NCBI RefSeq assembly: GCF_006345805.1
Contig: NC_043007.1
Span: forward strand, 13,578,001-13,642,000
DNA length: 64,000 nt
Direction of reading: 5' to 3'
Origin: Octopus sinensis
Lineage: Eukaryota
Within the stretch, counting starts at the first letter, position 1, and each line of letters starts with the position of its first letter. This document shows, one piece after another, positions 51,921 through 64,000 of the stretch. The notes under the pieces were generated by a model. That model worked only from the letters and a program-made list of their open reading frames with translations. It had not been told where the DNA came from and searched no databases. The translations under genes and the position numbers were made by a program.

Positions 51921-53471
51921 TGTATTACATGGTGCCATTTTAATATTATGTAAATGTTGTGTCGACGCCCCCAGACGATGAAGTAGGCTAGCCCAATACG
52001 TAGATATAGAAGGAGAAGTCTAGATATCGAGGAGTTGGGTAGAGGTCAACGGAACGTGCGATATAACAGTAAAGAAAGTATGTGCTGAAATTTTCCCCTA
52101 ATTTGTATAATATTAGTCATGTAAGAAGGATTTTAAAATGATGTTTTTCATTGTGTTTATGTGACAATTGCGCTACCACTATATTGAATGTGACTGGTCA
52201 GTAAGGCCACATGAGTACGGCATAATCCGAAACGCTGGATGAGCTATGGAAAATATTGCTACCAAATCTCCATATCAGGTTGCTTTATGGACACAAGATG
52301 GTACATCAATGGTGAAAATTGGATTAAAAAAGGTTTCATTCGTTTCTTTGAATATACCCCAAATGTGATGGCTCTTCAAATTGTGAAGAAGGGAATGCTT
52401 GCGGATAGTCCATTTAAGGAGGATTCAAAGGATAGTCATTTTTAAAAAGCCATCCAAGCACTGCAATTGAAAGTTTATTTGTCAAATAAATGATTATTCA
52501 GATAAGTAATTGGGAAACATAAAGCGTCTGCTAATAGATGAGGAAATAAGAATGCCGTTGAAGCCAGAATAAGAACTGGATTGTCGCATTCCTTTGAAAA
52601 TACTTTCCCAGGATTGCAAAGCACTGAGAGATAAGCAACAATTGCATAAGATATTCGTGTAATGGAGACATAATCACAGAATTTAGAAAGAAGGCGAGAT
52701 GGTCGATTCCTTATGAGTAGAATATCGCAATGACCCAGACAAAATTTACAAGAGAAAATCATATTCATAACACTTCTAATGACTGTATGAAGTATATTCT
52801 AAAATTACATGTGAGTCTAATTAAATATATAATATATAATGAGGTTAAATTCAATTATGCCATAATTAGCCAAGTACGTGCTGTGCGTCTCGGTACAAGA
52901 AAAAATATAAATTTTCAAAAAATTTTATTTAATAAATTTAAATATTGCTCAAATTAAAACAAATAGAAATTGCAAAATTTCCAAATCTAGATATGTTAGG
53001 GTGTGCTAAAACAAGTCAGAAGAGGTTAATATAATGTAGTTATAAAAAGAAAGGTTTTGGTGTCCTGTGTGAATAATAATCGCTATTCATTTAGTTTTCA
53101 AGAACGTTACTCCTGAACTATTTCCATTCAGTGGATGTTTACACTGCAACGCTATACGGCCGAAAGGATTAACGTCGCTAATCTCTTTAATATGCCCACA
53201 TATTTTTTTGCTTGTTTGTTTTTATGCAAGGAAGAAAAGCAGAATTTACTGTATGATTTAACACCACCAACACGCCCACTCACATACACACACATACAGA
53301 CATACACATACACACAAATGCACTCAAACTCTGGTATGTATGATATATGAACGAATATAAAACACAGAGCAGACACATTAAAAGTAAGTATTCAGACTAA
53401 TTCATTCAACTAAAAGGCAGTGCTCCAGCATGGTTGCCGTTCAATGTCTGAGACAAGCATAAGATGAAGCT

Positions 53472-53514
<43 letters not shown>

Positions 53515-53555
53515 GCACGTACCATTATACATGATCACATACGTAAATGTGTATA

Positions 53556-53868
53556 TGTGGTAAGTAGCTTTCTTACCAACCACATGGTTCCGGGTTCAGT
53601 CCCACTGCGCGGCACCTTGGGCGAGTGTCTTCTACTATAGCCTCGGGCCAACCAAAGCTTTGTGAGTAGATTTTGTAGACAGAAACTGAAAGAAGCCCGT
53701 CGTATATATATATATATATATGTATGTATATATATATATGTGTGTTGTGTGTGTGTGTGTGTGCGTGTGTGTGTGTACGTGTGTGAGTGTGTATGCGTGT
53801 GAGTGTGTGTGTATATTTGTGTGTCTGTGTTGTTCACCCTCCATCGCTTGACAACCGATGTTGGCGAA
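53556..53868 (+). mobile_element. SINE A, truncated at both ends
   Basis: Head through caaccgatgttgg. Confidence 0.8.
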
Positions 53869-54231
53869 TTTTAAGTGTCTTTTTCCCAGGAACAACTTCA
53901 TGTATTGGTTAGATGTCAGCAAGATAATAGAGAACAATGATTGAAGTTGTAATTAAGACAGAGTTAATTGATATGGAGATCTGGAAGCTATCTGAAATAT
54001 TGAAAAAGTGTTAGCGCATAGTGCCGCATATCAAAATGTCGACATCATTTTGATGGCTGCTGTCCAGTGCTTTATATACACTTCAAAGGTTGTAAGACGT
54101 GACATGGACAGCTGCAACGGATATTTCGAAGCTGTGGCCTGCATGAAAGGAAACAGCAGGGAAGCCTGTGACGGCATGATGGTATTCTTCCAGCAACTGA
54201 TGAACTGGGTTTTATATTTAATTGAGTCGCC

Positions 54232-54420
54232 ATGATAGATCGTTAGCCACTACACACATTTTTCTCTCTCCTTGTTTTTTTCTGTGTCCCTATCTGTAGA
54301 AGAGCGTAGGCTCGAAACGTAAAATACTTTTTTCTATTCCTGAGCGTCATACTAATAGATCTGTTTGTTTTGTACACCACCCGTCTTCGCCTTTTGTTTC
54401 TTTCGTAAACTCTTCCCATA
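54232..54420 (+). mobile_element. Element H2 with hammerhead-like motif at 54290-54326
   Basis: ctgtaga-a-gagc-gtag-gctc-gaaacgta. Confidence 0.75.
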
Positions 54421-54650
54421 TTTAATTAAGACGGCTATGTGAGGCTGCTACGGAGAGTTGTCAAACCCTGCTGGGAAAGGTTTGCTTCTAGAAAGCTATA
54501 GGTGTGCCAAATTGGAAGGATTCAGAAGTGGTTGTTGAAGAATTTCTACGACTTCAGTCTCTATAACTAGTCTTCTAATTCCCCCCAGTTGTACTCACAT
54601 TGGTTACTAAGTGTGGGACACAGTTGAGAATAACAATTTTCGCTCTACCC

Positions 54651-54880
54651 ATTTCTTTACGACCCACAAGGAGCTAAACACAGAGGGGACAAACAAGGAC
54701 AGACACACAGATTAAGTCGATTACATCGACCCAAGGGCGTAACTGGTACTTATTTAATCGACTCCGAAAGGATGAAAGGCAAAGTCGACCTCGGCGGAAT
54801 TTGAACTCAGAACGTAGCGGATGACGAAATACCGTTAAGCATTTCGCCCGCCGTGCTAACGTTTCTGCCAGCTCGCCGCC
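54651..54880 (-). mobile_element. SINE B
   Basis: Full-length reverse copy. Confidence 0.9.
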
Positions 54881-54884
54881 TTTT

Positions 54885-55060
54885 TCGCTTTGCCTGCAAC
54901 ACCAAAATTAAGATGGTGGCCAAGATCAAAGAGGTGTTGGAAGACCTTCAGAGGGCCATAGTGAGGAATGAATATGGTAGGTTTCGGAGCCATTTTGAGC
55001 CCGTGGTGGAAGTTGAAGATAACTACTTTGAGGAAACTGTTATCGTCCAGCCTTAATATG
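54885..55060 (+). pseudogene. Tc1/mariner (maT-like) transposase C-terminal relic
   Basis: KIKEVLEDLQRAIV...RFRSHFEPVVEVEDNYFE parallels the C-terminus near 20050. Confidence 0.6.
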
Positions 55061-55100
55061 TTCGATATCTTTTGATCTTAAAAAAAATAATTATTTATAC

Positions 55101-55482
55101 GCGGAGGAATGGCTGTGTGGTAAGTAGCTTGCTTAACAACCACATGGCCCCAGGTTCAGTCCCATTGCGTGGCACCTTGGGCAGGTGTCTTCTACTTATA
55201 GGTTCGGGCCGACCAAAGCTTTGTGAGTGGATTTGGTAGACGGAAACTAAAAGAAGCCCGTCGTATGTATATATATATATATGTATGTATTTGTGTGTGT
55301 GTTTGTGTATCTGTCTTTGTCCCCCCAACATCGTTTGACAACCGATGTTGGTGTGTTTACGTCCCCGTAACTTAGCGGTTCGGCAAAATGACCGATAGAA
55401 TAAGCACGAAGCTTACAAAGAATAAGCTCTGCGTCGATTTGCTCGATTAAAGGCGGTGCTCCTGCATGGCCGCAGTCAAATG
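55101..55482 (+). mobile_element. SINE A
   Basis: Full-length copy. Confidence 0.88.
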
Positions 55483-55594
55483 AATGCAACAAGTAAAAGA
55501 ATTTCTGTGCGGTTATTGTGTTTCTTCCTTTTATGTCATCTGTCAAATTCAGCCAGAATATCCCGTATACATACATGCATACAGTTGTCTGCGT

Positions 55595-55658
<64 letters not shown>

Positions 55659-55664
55659 ATATAC

Positions 55665-55790
55665 TTCGTCCTCTTCAGGCCTAGTCATGGGCCCTGTTTC
55701 CCGTCTCTGTGGCGTATGTGTTTCCCCCAGCTGGACGGGACGCCAGTCCATCGCACTGTAACTCAAAACCAGGAAAGAGAGTGAGAGAAG
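55665..55790 (-). mobile_element. 3' part of D/F chimeric SINE
   Basis: Minus strand ctcactctctttcctgg...gagttacagtgcgatggactggcgtcccgtccagctggg has the same junction as 235-345. Confidence 0.75.
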
Positions 55791-55842
55791 TTATATATAT
55801 ATATATATAATATATCTTATATATATATATCTATATATATCT

Positions 55843-55873
<31 letters not shown>

Positions 55874-56640
55874 CACACACACACGCACACCCTTGTATAC
55901 ATGTATGTGTATACATATATTTATATAAGTGTTTATGGATGCATGCATGTATGTATACATGTATGTATACATGTATGTATGTATGTATGTATGTATGTAT
56001 GTATGTATGTATGTATGTATGTATGTATGTGTATTAAAACAACACAAAAGGAAAACAGAGACAAGAGACTGGTTTATTATATCAAGTTTTCTATTTCAGA
56101 ACTGAGAATCGATTAAAGAAACCGCCGGATCGATTTCTTCTCTGCCAGCTATCTCCCCGATACAGTTATCTCATCTCGTCTAATATTTGCTCCATCAGTT
56201 TCCATCAGTCGAAAAATTTGTGAGAAAATGGGAAGATCAGAAGCAACAGCAACAGACAAGATCTGCAGTCGACAGAATCGGAAATTCTTCAGTTATTAGT
56301 GTTATTGTTGCCGCTGTTGATGATAATTTTAAAAATGGTAATCGCGTCAGTGTTGTGAATTATGAAGTAGAGAAGAAAATTATGATGAAGATCGTGATGA
56401 TGATGATGAGGAAGTAGAAGATGACAAGGATGATTGTGATGTATATACTGATGCCGGTACTAGTGTTGTGGAGGAAGAGATTTCCTGAGAGAATATCTTT
56501 CTATTTTCCTAATTTCTCACCTCCAGTTTTCGATCTGTTGACGAATACCAACTTCTGTACACACACATGAACACACACAGATATATATGTATGTATATAG
56601 GTAAGTATATGTGCATGAGAGTGTATATATATATATATAT

Positions 56641-56675
<35 letters not shown>

Positions 56676-57279
56676 ACAAAATGGGACAAGAACGCAAAAC
56701 ATCCAAGTAGACGATACAAAAAAACACAGACAGGCCATTCGAATCCTTTAATCTTCAGTCAAGAACCGGATCATCCTCGCAATTTTGGCTGATTAATCTT
56801 GAGATTGCTCCAATCTGACCAGCCACAAGAAACAACAAAGCTAAGAGCATTAGATTCCTTGGAAAAAGGATCGAATGTATACGAAACAAGGACGGAAAAA
56901 CGTACGATGTTACACGAATATAAATACAAAAATAAAAAAAAAACAACAGAAAATAATACGAATATAAATACAAAAAAACGACATTACTAATAATAACAAC
57001 AGGACATAACAAAAGGCGTCCTTCGACTGGAGACGAACTGAATTCAGCTGGTGTTTTGGGAATTAAGCCTTACGGCAGAGGAAAAGAGCGATGTGATCGT
57101 GACCGCGGTCCAACGCAAAAGGGCTAGTAGTCGGCCAGCGGTCACGTGAGAAGAGAAGAGAGAGAAAAGGAGGAACAAAGGAATTAAGGAAGGGGAAAAG
57201 AGAGAGAAAAAGAATTAAGGAGGCTTATATATTTTTATCCATCTATAACTATATGTATATGTGTGTGTTTATGTGTGTG

Positions 57280-57330
<51 letters not shown>

Positions 57331-57334
<4 letters not shown>

Positions 57335-57472
57335 TCTGATCAATAAGTATCCGGATTGCTAAAGCATACAAATAAAACCGCATGGCAAAGATTCATCTTG
57401 AACCTTGTTATGCATGTGCATTAACATTTACCGTTCTAGCTCACTTCCCCTGTTTACAGCAGTGCTTGAAAG
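57331..57472 (+). mobile_element. Probable mariner-type 5' end
   Basis: Homologous to 12914-13028. Confidence 0.5.
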
Positions 57473-57474
57473 GA

Positions 57475-57720
57475 ACATGTTTTTATTTTTTGGGGGCCTG
57501 TTAAAATAGGGTTTGGGTTTGTAAAGGATTTTCCATTTGATGACGTAGTTGGTCCCTTCGCCTTCAAGTTTACGGATTAAAGGCGAAATGGTAGTTGAAT
57601 TTCTCTTATCACGGTGCCTAAAAGGCGAAAGATAATTGTTATATCTGGAGTTAAACTTTCTTTCCTCGACCGCTGTCATATTTCGCTGATACTTGCCCTG
57701 TAGAAACCATAGGGAATATA
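57475..57720 (-). pseudogene. Penelope-like (Neptune-type) GIY-YIG fragment
   Basis: KFNSRYNNYLSPFRHRDKRNSTTIS...NYVIKWKILYKPKPY. Confidence 0.7.
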
Positions 57721-58286
57721 TCGCATTTCTGCCCTTGAAGATATATATATTTTTTGTACACGTGCATCCATGACATTAGGGAGAGAAGAAGTTATATTTT
57801 GCCTGAGAATTATGCTAAGTTTATATACATAATGTGAAATATTCAGGGACTTACATCCAATTTTGTAGACTGGTAAGTCAGTTGATTAAACAACTGAACA
57901 CTTATTCTTGAAAAATTACAGGATCCATCTATATATACACATTCATTTTTCATACAAAGATGCACTCACACATATGTATAGATACCCATATACAAACATA
58001 TTCACACAGACGCATGTATATGATTTAAGAGCGAGTATAAAACCCGATTCTAATAAATAAAATAATTAAATGTACAGAGAAATAAGTAAATAAATAACTA
58101 AATAAATAGGGAATAAATAATCTTCTTTAATTGAAATTTCCTTCTTCGTCGAAATGAAACGCAAAAACGAAACAACTACGATCTACTCTCAGACAGAGGA
58201 AGAGATAATTTGAAATCCTTTTTCAGCAATATAACTCAAAGTTAAATTACCTACGTTCAGTTTTGTACATAGTTTATTCAGGCATT

Positions 58287-58622
58287 GTGAAGGCGTGTGG
58301 CTCAGTGGTTAGAGCGCCGAGCTTACGGTCGTGAGGTTGTGAGTTTGAAATATGGACCAGACTGCGTGTTGCGTTCTTGAGCATGACACTTTATTTCACG
58401 TTGCTCCAGTTCACTCAGCTGTAGAAATGAGTTGCGAAGTCACAGGTGCCAAGCTGTAATGGACGTTACCTTTCCCTTGGATAACACTGGTGGCGTGGAG
58501 AGGGGAGCCCGGTGTGCATGGGCGACTGCTGGTCTTTCATAAACAACCTTGCCCGGACTTGTGTCTAGGAGGGTAACTTTCTAGGTGCAATCCCACGGTC
58601 AGTCATGACCGAAGGGGGTCTC
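58287..58622 (+). mobile_element. SINE family C, full length
   Basis: tRNA head tggctcagtggttagagc; CORE-like ttcttgagcatgacactttatttcac. Confidence 0.88.
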
Positions 58623-59094
58623 AATAACAATTGAAGCATTACCCTTAACGTGGAAAAATGCTTCCACATAGAGCATGATTTACGAATATGTGGTCCGTAT
58701 GCCGGTGCTTGTGGCGGCACTCATCATCATCACCATCAACATTATTGTTACCATCATTCTCGATGTCATCGTTCACATCGCTGTAATCATCATCATTGTC
58801 ATCATCAGGAATACAATCATATTTTCACATGGAGACGAACAACTTCAACATCATCAAAACCTCCACCATCACCCTCATCATTTTATGACCACCACTACCA
58901 AGAATAAAATGAGCCACCGTTTGCACATGCATCACCATCTCTATCGCCATCGCCATCACGCTGAGAAAGAAGTGCGGCTCCGAGACAGTCCACGTTTGAG
59001 TACCACTGTTAATAATTTGCATATTATAATGACAAGTACCACGGTTATTACTACCACCACTACAACAAAAATTCCCCACCACTGTCAAAAACGA

Positions 59095-59099
59095 ATAAT

Positions 59100-59189
<90 letters not shown>

Positions 59190-59216
59190 AAGAAGAAGAA
59201 GAAGAAGAAGAAGAAG

Positions 59217-59248
<32 letters not shown>

Positions 59249-59350
59249 GAAGAAGAAGAAGAAGAAGAGAAGAAGAAGAAGAAGTAGAAGAAGAAGAAGA
59301 AGAAGAAGAAGAAGAAGAAGAAGAAGAAGAAGAAGAAGAAGAAGAAGAAT
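59095..59350. repeat. (AAT)n(AAG)n microsatellite
   Basis: Seen directly. Confidence 0.97.
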
Positions 59351-59359
59351 AGACCTTAA

Positions 59360-59955
59360 AAAACAAGGAAACTTATTTGGCTCAACTCTCCCTTTTCCCC
59401 TTAACGTAAAAACTAACAATAGTTAACTTTCCTGTCTCTCCTAGTCAAACATTTTTCCAGATCACAGTTACAGGAAAGTATTTAACAGGCGTTCTGTAGA
59501 ATCATCAAATAGCTGCTGTCCCAATATGAAGAGCATCATTACACGAGGTCAAAGCCAAGTGCCCACTCCAAGTTGTAACTGTCGAAACGCAGGAACCTGT
59601 CCACTTGGCCAACGATGTATGATTAAATCTGTCATATACGAGCTTCTGCAACGCTAGATGATAACACAACTGATAAGAAGGGCTATGTCGAACTATGTGA
59701 AGGTGAATTTAAGAATCGCTGAGCTAATCACATCAGGACAAAACTAAGCTATTAAATAGGTTAGCCACGTATGCAGCCTGAAATCTAACGCAACACTACA
59801 TAGAATAAAGTGGAAAATAACCAAAAAATCCACAACTTATATTACTGAACAAAAAGGTGTAAGCTATGCTTTGCTGAAAGAGCTCATATCCTTTTTAAAT
59901 CTAAGATCTGTAACTCATTGCTGAACTGAAATTTTCAGTGGTTGTAAGAATATGC
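59360..59955 (+). pseudogene. Penelope-like (Neptune-type) ORF 3' relic
   Basis: LIWLNSPFSLNVKTN...KVFN...CPNMKSII...CNCRNAGTCPL...VIY...GYV...EFKNR..NH...IKWKI...KRCKLC, with frameshifts and stops. Confidence 0.8.
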
Positions 59956-60816
59956 CTTTGTTCCTGCTGAAGAAATAGGGAGTTCTTCCCCTTAAGTAAT
60001 TAACTGTATCATAAACTCTAAGTCACTATTTTTTCAGTCTTATAATTTACGGTCTAATGGTGATGACTCTTTTATCCCTTTCGTTTCTTTGTGATTACTT
60101 TTTCGCTTTCCAGTTTATTAACCTTCCTCTTTTTCTATATATAGCCCTCCCGCCTTTTCTCATTTCTTCTCTCATTCAATTTTTAGCTTGTTATACAATG
60201 TGGGCTGAGCCCTCGGATTGTCCCGAGGTGACAGACTTGTTAGCGAACATTGTTTGGCATGTTCGAAGCACATGGAACTAATAGTAGCTTATAATTTATT
60301 GTGTTTATTAAATAATATTTATCTCCCACCAGATCGAGTAATTTTTTCACTGGTTTTATCATCACAGAACAATACATTATATATATATAATGAGGGGAAC
60401 GGGGTAACTTACCTGCATCAAATTGCTGTAACAGCAGGTAGTGATTCTACCTTGTACTTATTCTTAGTGCAAGTTTTGAAGAGTGCAGTTCGCTTTTAAC
60501 AGTTACTTTTTCAAAGCTATAATGAAAGTGAGAAAATATGTATTAAATGCATTCAGAATACCATTACTTGGTTTCACTTCATTATGATAATAGTGTGAGA
60601 GTGCATATATGCGTGTATTTATGTTTGTATATATGTATGTATATAGAGAGACACTGTGAAAAATTGATACATGGACAGAGATAAACTTAAACAGAAAGTG
60701 ACAGAGAGGAATATACATAGAAGGATGGAAACATAGATAGATAGATAGTTAGATACATACATACATACATACATACATACATACATACATACATACATAC
60801 ATACATACATACATGA

Positions 60817-60901
<85 letters not shown>

Positions 60902-61140
60902 CAGTGGTAAGGGTGTCAGCATAATGATAGTAAGATTGCTGTTTCGTTTCCTGGACCGGGCGACGCGTTGTGTTCTTGAGCAAAGCACTTCATTTCCCGT
61001 TGCTCCAATCCCCTCAGCTGGCAAAAACGAGTAACGCTGCAATGGACTGGTGTCCCGTCCAGCTGGGGAACACATACGCCATTGAAACCGGGAAACCGGG
61101 CCCATGACACTGCCTAGGCTTTAAAAGGGCTCATTTATTT
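60902..61140 (+). mobile_element. SINE family F (tRNA head, CORE-like box, V-domain-like tail)
   Basis: gtgttcttgagcaaagcactt...ctgcaatggactggtgtcccgtccagctggg. The domain names are recalled, not verified. Confidence 0.75.
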
Positions 61141-61759
61141 AATATTTAGAAGCAGCTAGGCGTAATATAAAACCATAAAAGAAAATTTTAATCATCACTC
61201 ACTGTGACTGAGTGTGCTGAAAGCACCTATAGTGCAAGAAAGAAGAGTTAAAAACCTTAAACCTGCATGAACTACGTAATTTATAAGCACCGACAGGGGA
61301 GGTAACCGCTCTTTGAGCAAAGCTTGGAGCAATGGACCGGTTTCCTCTTAGTTTCAGTCCCACTAGCATTTCCTACTCCATTGCTCGGATGGTTTAGTTA
61401 AATTCATCTGCTATTTTATATATATACCACCAAAGTAGATGACTGATTTAGCGAAATGCTAACGCGTATGCTAAAAATTAATATAAGCAGCTACGTGCAA
61501 TATAAAATCATAAAACAAAAGATACTCGTCACAAATTTTGACTGGGGGTGCTGAATAGTACCTATCTTCAAAATTTGTATATAACCGCATTATACTCTTT
61601 AAATTTCTAGCCGACACGTGTTTCTGCTGCATTAGAGGCTGAGTATTCTCTGACGTATCATTTACGTGTATTTAATTATTTCATTTACTGTACATATTCC
61701 TCCAAATTAAACATTCCTATGCGGCTTTGTTGAAGGATTTATCTATGCGAGTGAGGGAA

Positions 61760-61968
61760 GAAGGCCCAGTCGAAATGCTTAGCACTATTTCGTCTGCCGT
61801 TACGTTCTGAGTTCAAATTCCGCCGAGGTCGACTTTGTATTTCACCCTTTCGGGGTCGATAAATAAAGTACCAGTTTCGCACTGGTGTCGATGTAATAGA
61901 CAGACTTAATCCCTTTGTCTGTCCTTCTTTGTTGCCTCTACGTTTAGCCCCTTGTAAGTAATAAAGAA
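61760..61968 (+). mobile_element. SINE B, 5'-degenerate
   Basis: gagttcaaattccgccgaggtcgactttg...taataaagaa. Confidence 0.85.
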
Positions 61969-62436
61969 GTTATTCCTTCTTACCCTATAATTCTAGGTGA
62001 GGGAACACAAAGCCACAAGTTACATGAGAGTAGAGTTTGCGGAGGATGTGACTCTACACGCCCACTCACACACACACATGCACATGTATATGTTGGTGTG
62101 TGTGTATGTGTATGTGTACATGTGTGTGTGCTTGTGTGTGTGCATGCATGTGTGTTTATTATACAGGAAGTTGACAGTCGACCCTCCCTTTCTCCCTTGG
62201 CGATAGAGAATAAACCTACCTATCCCGATTCATGACTTCAAAATCCAATAATGTTTGCTCGCTGTTTTAATACATCCCATTTACAACTCAACCATTACCA
62301 AGTGTATGTATGTATGTATGTATGTATGTATGTATGCATGTATGTATGTATGTATGTATCTATCTATCTATTTGTCTGCCTGTCCCTCTCTCACTCTCTC
62401 TCTCTCTATTTCTGCCTCTCTCACTGTTTCTCTTTC

Positions 62437-62472
<36 letters not shown>

Positions 62473-62559
62473 GACACATATTTCCTTAAATGATGCAAAC
62501 CTCCTCTTACTTGCAATCGCTAACTATTTCTCCTCCTCCTCCCTCTTCTCATTCTTCTT

Positions 62560-62598
62560 CTTCAATTACCACTATTACTACTACTACTACTACTACTG

Positions 62599-62629
<31 letters not shown>

Positions 62630-63225
62630 AACTAATACTACTTCTACTACTACTACTACTACTACTAGTAGTAGTAGTAGTAGTAGTAGTAGTACTCCTA
62701 CTATTATTGCTGTTGCTGCGCTACTATTATTGCTGTTGCTACGGTACTAAGTTATTGTTGTGGTCATTTCTTTCCACACCTTCTCATCTTCCGCCCCTTA
62801 CTCTTCCTCAACGTCATCATTAACATCACCACCAACACGAAGACAACGACCACTACCACCACCGCTATGACAACTACTACTACTACTACTACTACTACTA
62901 CAACAACTATTACCACTACTACTACTAATAATAATAATAGTAATAATACAACTACTACTACTACTACTATTACTTATACTACTACTAATACTACTGCTAA
63001 TACTACTACTACTACTCCTACAACTACTACTACTACTACTAATATTACTAATGCTACTACTACTACTGCTGCTGCTGCTGGTGCCACTACTATAACAACT
63101 ACTACAACTACTACTACTATTGCTGCCGCTAATACAACAACAACACCAACAACTACTACCACTGCTGCTGCTGCTACTACTACTACTACTACTACTACGA
63201 CTACTACAAATACGTACGAACGTTT
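62560..63225. repeat. (CTA)n-based compound trinucleotide repeats
   Basis: Seen directly; they explain the poly-T ORFs. Confidence 0.95.
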
Positions 63226-63519
63226 CATTGCTATTATTTATTATTTTTTCAAGTATTTATAACTTTCCTCGTCAGTGTAACATTTTTCTTTGGCAACTAC
63301 AGAACTGTCGCTGCCTCTCAAATTTCCCTAATTACACTTTCTGCCAGTCCATATAGCCTTAAATCTCTGGCATTGGCCCTTTGCTATTTAGTACTTTGTT
63401 CTGTTCTATATTATATATTTTTCACCGTCTTTATCCATTCACGTTTATAACAACACAGTAATACTGAACACGGTGTAACGAAATATACGCCCTACATGTG
63501 TATTTCCATAGACATTCAA

Positions 63520-63830
63520 AATGATGAAGACAGATGTGTGTGTGCATATATATATATGTATATAATAAATTAATAAATAAAACATATGCATATATACATA
63601 CATATATGTACGTGCCTACCTCTGCATGTATATATACATGCATATATGGGTACAGGACACAAAAAAACGTCGAACATGAGAAACGAAAACATAAACACAA
63701 AAACAACAAAATAGACATTTCTTTTCAACAACGAAAAATAGAGTACAGGACATACAAAACAAGGAAAATTCCCATTCTTCAGTCGCCTTAGTTTCATCTA
63801 CTCCACGTTTCGAAGGTCAAGGCGATACAT
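63520..63830 (-). mobile_element. Unclassified repeat family E
   Basis: Reverse homologue of 49795-50110. Confidence 0.65.
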
Positions 63831-64000
63831 GACTTCAATAAAACTTTCCTTCCCGCGAAAAACAAATTAAATAAAATTTGAGATGTTTTTTTGCGGAGGG
63901 GTAAAAATGGTAACAAAAACAGGACAGTAACGACAGTACAAAATATAAACAGTAATAGACAGGACACGGAAAATAACAGTAACAAAAACAAGAAGGGTTG

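Noticed and set aside
52200-52780. Decayed coding-looking segment
   Set aside because: Stops in all frames, and no family motif that I can recognise.
53880-54231. Exon after the tttttcccag acceptor-like site
   Set aside because: All three frames stop within ~20 codons, and the downstream 75-aa ORF is unrecognisable.
57428-57475. C-terminus of the PLE ORF 57428-57679
   Set aside because: This part is the antisense of the mariner-like 5' end, so the ORF is a chimera of two relics.
63760-63830. Type III hammerhead in family E (tcgcctt/aaggcga + ctgaaga, minus)
   Set aside because: No GAAA after the putative stem II in either copy.

Overview
This is eukaryotic, AT-rich, repeat-saturated DNA. 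The SINE types and extreme microsatellite density suggest a cephalopod (octopus-like) genome; that is an inference. I cannot support any host protein-coding gene. Almost all long ORFs in the track are microsatellite or SINE read-throughs. The window contains several tRNA-derived SINE families (my labels A-F), decayed LINE 3' ends (CR1/L2-like, R4/Dong-like, CRE/HERO-like, Tx1-like), Penelope-like elements (PLEs), Tc1/mariner fragments, MITE/foldback elements and a Helitron end. The most striking unexplained signal is a set of hammerhead-ribozyme (HHR) motifs. One is a textbook-intact type I HHR at the apex of a 245-bp rod-like foldback (14690-14934). A Penelope fragment is flanked by inverted terminal units built as tRNA head + microsatellite + HHR (31309-32494). 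Six ~200-bp dispersed elements show covarying HHR stems. Two SINE-LINE tail partnerships are also visible within the window: SINE B with a Tx1-like LINE associated with (AGAT)n, and SINE A with CR1-like LINEs. All alignments and folds were done by eye, so coordinates are approximate to a few bases.
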